A program made the position numbers and the translations under genes. Below are positions 6,218 through 11,155 of a stretch of 11,155 nt of DNA, piece after piece (position 1 is the stretch's first letter; every line of letters starts with the position of its first letter). This DNA is from a virus (lineage: Duplodnaviria > Heunggongvirae > Uroviricota > Caudoviricetes). The stretch lies in the IMG/VR virus record IMGVR_UViG_2529292887_000008. One strand, written 5' to 3'. The notes beneath the pieces are model-generated. The model did no database searches. It was not told where the DNA came from and worked only from the letters and a program-made list of their open reading frames with translations.

Positions 6218-6441
6218 CCTCTACCCCATCTACCTGAATGAAATAAATACATATTATTCAACATGATAAGTGGGTAGAGGGCCAGGTAGAAGGCTAATAA
6301 AAGCTCTCTACCTCTTCTACCTGATTTTATCAGTTTCAGGTAGCAGGGTAGACGGCAGGTAGAGGAGCTCAAAAAGCTATCTACCCGCTGAAAGCCGCGC
6401 CATTACTGACATGATGAGCATTCGGGTAGATGGGTAGAGGG
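6218..6441. repeat. Iteron cluster (putative replication origin): at least 12 copies of core GGTAGA in alternating orientation blocks
   Basis: CCTCTACC 6218-6225, CCATCTACC 6226-6234, GGGTAGAGG 6272-6280, CAGGTAGAAGG 6283-6293, CTCTCTACC 6304-6312, TCTTCTACC 6313-6321, CAGGTAGCAG 6337-6346, GGGTAGACGG 6347-6356, CAGGTAGAGG 6357-6366, CTATCTACCC 6378-6387, GGGTAGATGG 6424-6433, GGGTAGAGGG 6432-6441. Confidence 0.65.
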
Positions 6442-6486
6442 GGGGAGGCACAACTAAAAACTTTTTAAACGAGGGGGTGAAAATAA

Positions 6487-6801
6487 ATGCGCATACATCA
6501 AAATCACTTAACAAACATGCCAGCCGAAAACATGAATCAGGGGCGACAAATGACCAAAATTCGCAGAGACAGAACAGAGCCAAAATATAAAGCGTTAGAC
6601 ATGACTGAGCACACCTTAAAGGTGGCAATCAGAACGATAGACCGCCACACGCGGGAAGGATACGCGAAGGAACATCCCGAACTGATAAGCGCATTCATGA
6701 CCACAGCGGCGGCAAACTTTGCCACGCTGACAGAACGGGAGATTGCCGAAGCGGAACAGGTAACAACCATCAACGTTAAAACCGGAGAGGTGGAATCATG
6801 A
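6487..6801 (+). CDS. Hypothetical protein (104 aa; alternative starts at 6550 or 6601 possible)
   Basis: SD AGGGGG upstream of ATG 6487; stop overlaps ssb start (ATGA at 6798-6801). Confidence 0.5.
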   Translation: MRIHQNHLTNMPAENMNQGRQMTKIRRDRTEPKYKALDMTEHTLKVAIRTIDRHTREGYAKEHPELISAFMTTAAANFATLTEREIAEAEQVTTINVKTGEVES

Positions 6802-7208
6802 CAGCACAGATAGCCGCTTACGGGCGGCTGGTGGACGACCCGCAGGTAAAACAGACCAGCAAGGGCACACCGATGACGCTGGCGCGTATGGCGGTCCCCC
6901 TTCCGTGCAGCCAGGCAGATGACGGAACGGCTACGTTATGGCTATCGGTGATGGCATTTGGTAAGCAGGCCGACTTCCTGGCTAAACATCAAAAAGGCGA
7001 CGTTGCCAGCATATCTGGCGTGATGCAGATAAGCCAGTGGACCGGACAGAACGGGGAAACGCGGCAGGGTTATCAGGTTATTGCAGACAGCGTAATCAGT
7101 GCCCGTGCGGCACGTCCTGGCGGGAACAGACGCAAAACCACAGGCGCACAGGGTAATCAGCCACCAGCGGGAGACGATGACCCCTACGGTGATGATATTC
7201 CGTTCTGA
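6798..7208 (+). CDS. ssb: Single-stranded DNA-binding protein (SSB-like, 136 aa)
   Basis: C-terminal acidic tail DDDPYGDDIPF (the canonical SSB tip is DDDIPF), Gly/Gln/Pro-rich linker, N-terminal OB-fold-like region (AAYGRLVDDPQV...LWLSVMAFGKQA...); SD GGAGAGG upstream. Confidence 0.75.
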   Translation: MTAQIAAYGRLVDDPQVKQTSKGTPMTLARMAVPLPCSQADDGTATLWLSVMAFGKQADFLAKHQKGDVASISGVMQISQWTGQNGETRQGYQVIADSVISARAARPGGNRRKTTGAQGNQPPAGDDDPYGDDIPF

Positions 7209-7216
7209 ACGCACAG

Positions 7217-7238
7217 GCCGGAGAAAATCCGGCTTTTT
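7217..7238 (+). terminator. Intrinsic terminator
   Basis: Stem GCCGGA (7217-7222) / TCCGGC (7228-7233), loop GAAAA, then TTTTT (7234-7238). Confidence 0.65.
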
Positions 7239-7243
7239 GTACC

Positions 7244-7288
7244 CAAAAAAAGCCCGATAAGTACAGGAGGAAGCTTATCGGGCTTTTG
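7244..7288. terminator. Bidirectional intrinsic terminator
   Basis: A7 tract (7244-7250), stem AGCCCGATAAG (7251-7261) / CTTATCGGGCT (7273-7283), then TTTTG. Confidence 0.55.
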
Positions 7289-7361
7289 CTTACGAGGTTA
7301 ACAGCATGGTGACTACTGTTGCTGTAAATCATTTCATAATTTGCAACACAACTCAATTTTA

Positions 7362-7412
7362 TTGCGCAAAATGCAATCATGATTATAATCATAACTGGAT
7401 GAACATCCAGTT
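7362..7412 (+). promoter_or_regulatory. Promoter of capsid/packaging operon with overlapping palindromic operators
   Basis: -35 TTGCGC 7362-7367, 16-bp spacer, -10 TATAAT 7384-7389; 10-bp palindrome AATCATGATT at 7375-7384; 20-bp inverted repeat AACTGGAT-GAAC-ATCCAGTT at 7393-7412. Confidence 0.5.
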
Positions 7413-7445
7413 GTGATTTTTTAAGTCAAAGAGGAATTTCTGACT

Positions 7446-7652
7446 ATGGCAGAAGAGAAAAAAGGCGGTGTTTCGGTGTACATAAGCCCCGAAATCGTGG
7501 AGGTGCTCAAGCAGCGCCACAAAAAAAACTATGAGGCTGGCGTAGCGGCTGGACTGGATCCGCTGATGACGCCGGAGCCGTCGATAGGTTCACTTGTGCG
7601 CTCTTATTTACTTGCGGCGCTTGGGATGCATAAAAATTATGGGGGTGAATAA
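7446..7652 (+). CDS. Hypothetical protein (68 aa), possibly RHH-like
   Basis: SD AAGAGGA upstream; the stretch VSVYISPEIVEVLKQRHKK suggests a beta-strand followed by a helix; stop overlaps capsid gene start (TAATG). Confidence 0.5.
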   Translation: MAEEKKGGVSVYISPEIVEVLKQRHKKNYEAGVAAGLDPLMTPEPSIGSLVRSYLLAALGMHKNYGGE

Positions 7653-8707
7653 TGGCAGGCAAAGCAACGGCACTTAACACTAACCAGCTTTTTGCGTACC
7701 TGAATCGCGGGGATATTGCGGAATTTAAATTCAGTCCGCTGTTTACCACGCTGTTTTTCCCGAACGTGGCGACATTCAGCACCCAAAACATCATGCTGGA
7801 TACCCTGGACATTGAAGAAGTCACCATGTCGGCGTTTTGTTCGCCTATGGTTGGCAGCCAGGTACAGCGCGATAAAGGATACGAAACCAGCACGATTAAA
7901 CCTGGCTACATGAAGCCAAAGCACGAAATCGATCCAACAAAAACCATCATGCGCATGGCTGGAGAAGATCCGGCACAGCTTAACGACCCTACCTACCGAC
8001 GTATGCGCCTGATTACTGGCAACATGCGCCGCCAGGTAAACGCCATTAAAGCGCGCGTGGAATGGCTGGCGGTGAATGCGATAACGACCGGAAAAAACAT
8101 TATTGAGGGCGAAGGCATAGAACGCTATGAAATAGACTGGAAAATACCGGAAAACTGCATCATAGAGCAGGGCAAGGGTAAAAAATGGTCCGAGCAGGAT
8201 AAAGAGATGCACGACCCAATCTATGACATCGAGCTTTATGCTGATCAGGCTGGTTGCCCCGCAAACGTCATGATTATGGGCGCTGAGGTATGGCGCACGT
8301 TACGCAGCTTTAAAAAATTCCGTGAGCTGTACGATCTTTCCCGTGGTTCAGAATCCGCCGCAGAACTGGCCTGTAAAAACCTGGGCGAAGTGGTGAGCTT
8401 TAAAGGCTATCTGGGCGATATTGCCCTTATCGTCTATTCCGGCAAATACGCTGACAGCGACGGCACAGAAAAATATTTCCTTGAGCCTGATTTGCTGGTT
8501 CTGGGCAACACCAACAATAAAGGGCTGGTGGCCTATGGTGCGATAATGGATCAGGAAGCGGTAAGAACGGGCGCAACACAAAACATGTTTTACCCGAAAA
8601 ACTGGATTGAGGACGGCGATCCGGCGATTGAGTACGTGCAGACACACAGTGCACCGCAGCCGGTACCGGCAGATATTCGCAAATTTGTTACCGTCAAAAT
8701 TGGTTAA
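7652..8707 (+). CDS. Major capsid protein, lambda gpE family (351 aa)
   Basis: Conserved blocks versus lambda gpE as I recall it: EFKFSPLF..LFF, PGYMKPKHEIDP, EDPAQLNDPTYRRMR, WSEQDKEMHDPIYDIELYA, RGSESAAELACKNLGEVVSFKGYLGDIALIVYSGKY, VLGNTNNKGLVAYGAIMD, YPKNWIEDGDPAIEY...SAP; similar length (351 vs 341 aa). Confidence 0.88.
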   Translation: MAGKATALNTNQLFAYLNRGDIAEFKFSPLFTTLFFPNVATFSTQNIMLDTLDIEEVTMSAFCSPMVGSQVQRDKGYETSTIKPGYMKPKHEIDPTKTIMRMAGEDPAQLNDPTYRRMRLITGNMRRQVNAIKARVEWLAVNAITTGKNIIEGEGIERYEIDWKIPENCIIEQGKGKKWSEQDKEMHDPIYDIELYADQAGCPANVMIMGAEVWRTLRSFKKFRELYDLSRGSESAAELACKNLGEVVSFKGYLGDIALIVYSGKYADSDGTEKYFLEPDLLVLGNTNNKGLVAYGAIMDQEAVRTGATQNMFYPKNWIEDGDPAIEYVQTHSAPQPVPADIRKFVTVKIG

Positions 8708-8719
8708 CGGGGGGATTCT

Positions 8720-9055
8720 ATGGACACTCCATACATTGAGTTATTTGCAGGCAGTCAGCAGGTCGCCACGACGCTGGTACATTTTGCCGCTGATGCTGGC
8801 GTTATTCAGGAATTTACCCCGCTGATGCTGGCGGACAATGGCGAGTTTAAGCCGTGGGATGGTAAGGAATCTGGCAAGGCTGTTTATCTGACCTCGTACC
8901 CTGTGGACACGTCAAAGCAGAAATCAGCACAGTGTTACAAGACGGGGATATTCAATATTGCCGCCGTTAACTGGCCTGAGAGCGTCGACACCGATGCGAA
9001 AAAATGCGCCGCCTTTGCGGGTTCCGGCGTATCCGTTCAGCCGCTGGCCCGATAA
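8720..9055 (+). CDS. Head decoration protein, lambda gpD family (111 aa)
   Basis: Blocks TPLMLAD, WDG, YKTGIFN, WPE, AFAGSGVS match lambda gpD (TPLMLD, WDG, YKSGTF, WPE, AFAGTAIS); same length class (111 vs 110 aa); SD GGGGGG upstream. Confidence 0.78.
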   Translation: MDTPYIELFAGSQQVATTLVHFAADAGVIQEFTPLMLADNGEFKPWDGKESGKAVYLTSYPVDTSKQKSAQCYKTGIFNIAAVNWPESVDTDAKKCAAFAGSGVSVQPLAR

Positions 9056-9067
9056 GCAGGGGGAACG

Positions 9068-9481
9068 ATGGCAACGAATGAAAGCATCATGACGCTACCG
9101 CTGGCGAGTAAATTTAAAGCCGAAGCGCGGGCAATGGCTGACAGAGGTTTATCAACCTATGAGGCCGTATATCAACTAAACAAACTGGAAGAGCAGGACA
9201 AGCCGCGCGCTGATGCGATTATGGCGCTTCATGAGCATAAAGACTATCAGCCGCTGTTGCGTGCAATGGCAAACGTGCCTTGTATCGATGTTGGTACGGC
9301 TAAAAGCATCCTTAGCATGACCATAGAGCAGGAACGTCCGAAGGTTGCGCCGGAACTTACCGCAGCCTTTGAAAACTTTATGGACATGCACAGCCCGCAA
9401 GCCGTATCAGCTGGCATGGCATACGATGGCAGAAACCAGGGCGATGACGGCGACATCGATCGCATACTGAAAACCATCTGA
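9068..9481 (+). CDS. Hypothetical protein (137 aa), last gene of capsid operon
   Basis: SD AGGGGGA upstream; followed by an intrinsic terminator. No family assignable from the sequence alone. Confidence 0.6.
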   Translation: MATNESIMTLPLASKFKAEARAMADRGLSTYEAVYQLNKLEEQDKPRADAIMALHEHKDYQPLLRAMANVPCIDVGTAKSILSMTIEQERPKVAPELTAAFENFMDMHSPQAVSAGMAYDGRNQGDDGDIDRILKTI

Positions 9482-9487
9482 GACAAG

Positions 9488-9509
9488 GCCGGAGAAATCC
9501 GGCTTTTTT
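9488..9509 (+). terminator. Intrinsic terminator (near-duplicate of 7217-7238)
   Basis: Stem GCCGGA (9488-9493) / TCCGGC (9498-9503), then TTTTTT (9504-9509). Confidence 0.65.
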
Positions 9510-9510
9510 A

Positions 9511-9686
9511 CGGGTCCTTCCTGGAATTATGGCCCGTTACGGGGCGGCGACCTCGCGCGTTTTCGCTATTTATGAGCCTTTTCAGGGGGGTGGTGGTGGT
9601 TTTGTTGTTTGCTCTATCTTTATGAATGAAAAGGGAAAGATGCAAACAATACACCAACCTGAAGCAGTAATTAAGTTGGTGTATTA
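9511..9686 (+). other. cos site 1 (plus orientation): lambda-like cosQ-cosN with a non-lambda cosB
   Basis: CGGGTCCTTCCTGGAATTATGGCCCGTTACG followed by GGGCGGCGACCT (9542-9553; identical to the lambda 12-nt cohesive end as I recall it) and CGCGCGTTTTCGCTATTTATGA; thereafter diverged, with an 11-bp inverted repeat AATACACCAAC (9648-9658) / GTTGGTGTATT (9675-9685) abutting the terS start. Confidence 0.7.
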
Positions 9687-10229
9687 ATGAAATCTCATCT
9701 GATGAACAAAAAAAACATGGCGAAAAGCTGCCGTGTAAGTGCGACAGCGTTCGACAAGTGGGGAGTGACTCCCGTTGAACGTAAAGGCCGTGAGGCGTTT
9801 TATGATGTTGCCAGCGTGATAGACAATAGGGTTAACAATGCAATTAGCCAGCTTACAAACGACAAAGGCGATATTGATGATGATGAACTCTTACGAGTCA
9901 GGATCAGATTACTGACAGCACAGGCGGAGGCGCAGGAACTTAAAAACGAGCGCGATCGCGGTGACGTGATTGATACTGAGTTTTGCCTGTACGCGCTTTC
10001 AAAGCTGGCGAGTCAGATTTCATCAATCATGGACAGCCTCCCGCTTACTATGCAAAGGAGCTTCCCACAGATTACCCCCGCCATGCTGGACAGGCTTAAA
10101 AGGGAAGTGGTTAAAGCCTGTAATGCCAGTGCCAGAGTTGCCGACAACCTCCCACAGATACTGGCTGATTACTTGAAAGAAACAACCGGAAACGTACCGG
10201 AAAAGTTGCTACAGAAGAAAGGCAAGTAA
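9687..10229 (+). CDS. Small terminase subunit, lambda Nu1-like (180 aa; ATG 9702 aligns better with the Nu1 N-terminus)
   Basis: LTAQAEAQELKNERDRGDVIDTEFCLYALSKLASQISSIMDSLPLTMQRSFPQ and LKREVVKACNASA parallel lambda Nu1 (LTRAQADAQELKNARDSAEVVETAFCTFVLSRIAGEIASILDGLPLSVQRRFPE...FLKRDIIKAMNKAA); N-terminus MNKKNMAKS...FDKWG parallels MEVNKKQLADIFG...QNWQEQG. Confidence 0.82.
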   Translation: MKSHLMNKKNMAKSCRVSATAFDKWGVTPVERKGREAFYDVASVIDNRVNNAISQLTNDKGDIDDDELLRVRIRLLTAQAEAQELKNERDRGDVIDTEFCLYALSKLASQISSIMDSLPLTMQRSFPQITPAMLDRLKREVVKACNASARVADNLPQILADYLKETTGNVPEKLLQKKGK

Positions 10230-10256
10230 CAGAAGCGCAATTATTGAACAAAAATG

Positions 10257-10451
10257 AGAAAGGATCTGATAATGGCATTTTCTGGCTAAAATGCCTCGTG
10301 TCAGATCCTTTCTTTTTTTAATATTTTCATTGTTAAACAGTCTGTTACAGAGAAGAAGAACGGATCTGACTTTTGCCGGAAAATTTTCATAAACAGATAA
10401 AAACCGCGAGGCCGCCGCCCCGTAACGGGCCATAATTCCAGGAAGGACCCG
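10257..10451 (-). other. cos site 2 (minus orientation): lambda-like cosQ-cosN-cosB with altered R elements
   Basis: Reverse complement reads CGGGTCCTTCCTGGAATTATGGCCCGTTACG-GGGCGGCGGCCT-CGCGGTTTTTATCTGTTTATGAAAATTTTCCGG...CCGTTCTTCTTC...AAAAGAAAGGATCTGACA...TCAGATCCTTTCTC, collinear with lambda cosN-cosB (R3/I1/R2/R1) but with GGATCTGA-type R elements at 10262-10269, 10301-10308 and 10362-10369; cosN complement at 10409-10420. Confidence 0.7.
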
Positions 10452-10484
10452 ACGACACCAGGCTATCAGAACGATGGGGGCACA

Positions 10485-10766
10485 ATGACAGAAGCCGAAC
10501 TACTGCGATTAATCCGCCGCGTTACCGGAATCAGCCAGCAGCATGACGAACAGGGCACGCAACCGGACAGCGTGACCGCTGAAAATTATGCGCGTGTTGT
10601 TGCTGAGGTGATGCGCCGTGATGGTATTGAGCTTAACGGCGTGGATATGCGCAACATACGAACCAGAGTCCTTGAGTTGCTGGCATACCGTCGCCGCGTG
10701 GAGATGTATCGGGAGAAGGAGAAAATCACGTACCACTGGAAGAAGCCGGAACGGTTGCGGCGGTAA
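10485..10766 (+). CDS. Hypothetical protein (93 aa)
   Basis: SD GGGGGG 4 nt upstream of ATG 10485; protein-like composition; unknown family. Confidence 0.5.
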   Translation: MTEAELLRLIRRVTGISQQHDEQGTQPDSVTAENYARVVAEVMRRDGIELNGVDMRNIRTRVLELLAYRRRVEMYREKEKITYHWKKPERLRR

Positions 10767-10850
10767 CTCACTGAGATTAAAGCAAAGCTCAAAATTGCGC
10801 TGGCTGAATGATCATTATGATTACTTATGTTTACGCAGATGATTAAGGCC
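10762..10850. repeat. Direct repeat copy 1 (~80 bp) with embedded palindromes
   Basis: CGGTAACT...TTAAAGCAAAGCtCAAAATTGCGCTGGCTGAATgATCATTATGATTAC[ttatgtttac]GCAGATGATTAAGG; contains AATCATTATGATT (10811-10823). Confidence 0.6.
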
Positions 10851-10893
10851 TAAACCGTTGATTATTCCACAATCCCCCATTGGGGGAAGCTGG

Positions 10894-10971
10894 CGGTAAC
10901 TGGTTGAACTTAAAGCAAAGCGCAAAATTGCGCTGGCTGAATAATCATTATGATTACGCAGATGATTAAGG
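10894..10971. repeat. Direct repeat copy 2 (~78 bp) with embedded palindromes
   Basis: CGGTAACT...TTAAAGCAAAGCgCAAAATTGCGCTGGCTGAATaATCATTATGATTACGCAGATGATTAAGG; contains AGCGCAAAATTGCGCT and AATCATTATGATT (10944-10956). Confidence 0.6.
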
Positions 10972-11155
10972 AATGACCGAAGGCGGAAATTCGCCTGTGG
11001 TTGATGGGGGAGTTGCAGATCTGCAACTCGACCATGAAATTACGGAAACTACCCGTAGTTTGGGTAGTAAGAGCAACACCCAGATTTTGGGGCTTACTCG
11101 TGATACCCAAATTTGGGGTATCGGCGGCAACCATAACGACTTTCGTTACGGTTGA

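Larger units (their letters stand above)
1..10766. mobile_element. Phage satellite (PICI / P4-like chromosomal island), partial: left end at int, right boundary not resolved in window
   Basis: Gene order int - alpA - regulatory module - primase/helicase - iteron ori - packaging/capsid module with cos site; typical of Gram-negative phage-inducible chromosomal islands. No att core can be identified because the left flank is outside the window. Confidence 0.7.

Noticed and set aside
6218-6441. Possible CRISPR array
   Set aside because: Repeats are 9-10 bp iterons in mixed orientation with irregular spacing, not 28-37 bp direct repeats with unique spacers.
6172-6628. Minus-strand ORFs 6172-6372 and 6377-6628
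   Set aside because: They lie over the iteron array and intergenic region; translations are repeat-driven (Leu/Tyr/Pro runs) with no RBS.
7310-7350. LexA (SOS) box or P2 Ogr/Delta-type TGT-N12-ACA activator site upstream of the capsid promoter
   Set aside because: Several CTGT/TGT motifs are present but none has the partner half-site at the required spacing.
7637-8212. 191-aa minus-strand ORF
   Set aside because: Antisense within the gpE-like capsid gene, which has strong homology support.
10250-10320. Long hairpin plus T-run as a simple terS terminator
   Set aside because: The same sequence aligns collinearly with the lambda cosB R2/R1 region on the minus strand, so it is better explained as the R-element pair of cos site 2; it may still terminate terS transcription.
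10973-11155. 60-aa plus-strand ORF running to the window edge as a gene call
   Set aside because: SD is only 1 nt from the ATG, the region is dominated by perfect palindromes, and an overlapping minus-strand ORF is equally open; kept as a finding, not a feature.
1-11155. tRNA/tmRNA integration target or att core within the window
   Set aside because: No tRNA-like cloverleaf or tmRNA-like sequence recognised; int starts at position 1, so attL and the target gene are presumably upstream of the window.

Overview
The window reads as one nearly complete phage satellite of the enterobacterial PICI / P4-like type, starting exactly at its integrase gene; the right boundary is not visible. Left to right: P4-type tyrosine integrase (1-1230), AlpA-family regulator (1605-1793), two tandem paralogous minus-strand modules each encoding a ribbon-helix-helix (RHH) protein plus a small protein (2037-3162), an operator-rich divergent promoter region (3205-3290), a rightward operon of small coupled ORFs ending in a P4-alpha/D5-type primase-helicase (3355-6203), an iteron-type origin (6218-6441), an SSB-like gene (6798-7208), then a second operon with homologues of lambda major capsid protein gpE and decoration protein gpD (7446-9481), and a lambda Nu1-like small terminase gene (9687-10229) flanked by two convergent lambda-like cos sites that share cosQ/cosN but carry different cosB elements. 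The most unusual points are a satellite carrying its own gpE/gpD-type capsid genes without portal, protease or TerL in the window, the dual inverted cos arrangement, and the duplicated RHH/small-protein modules with strongly conserved non-coding elements. All homology calls rest on my recollection of the AlpA, P4 Int, SSB and lambda Nu1/gpE/gpD/cos sequences and on motifs read from the translations; no database search was run.
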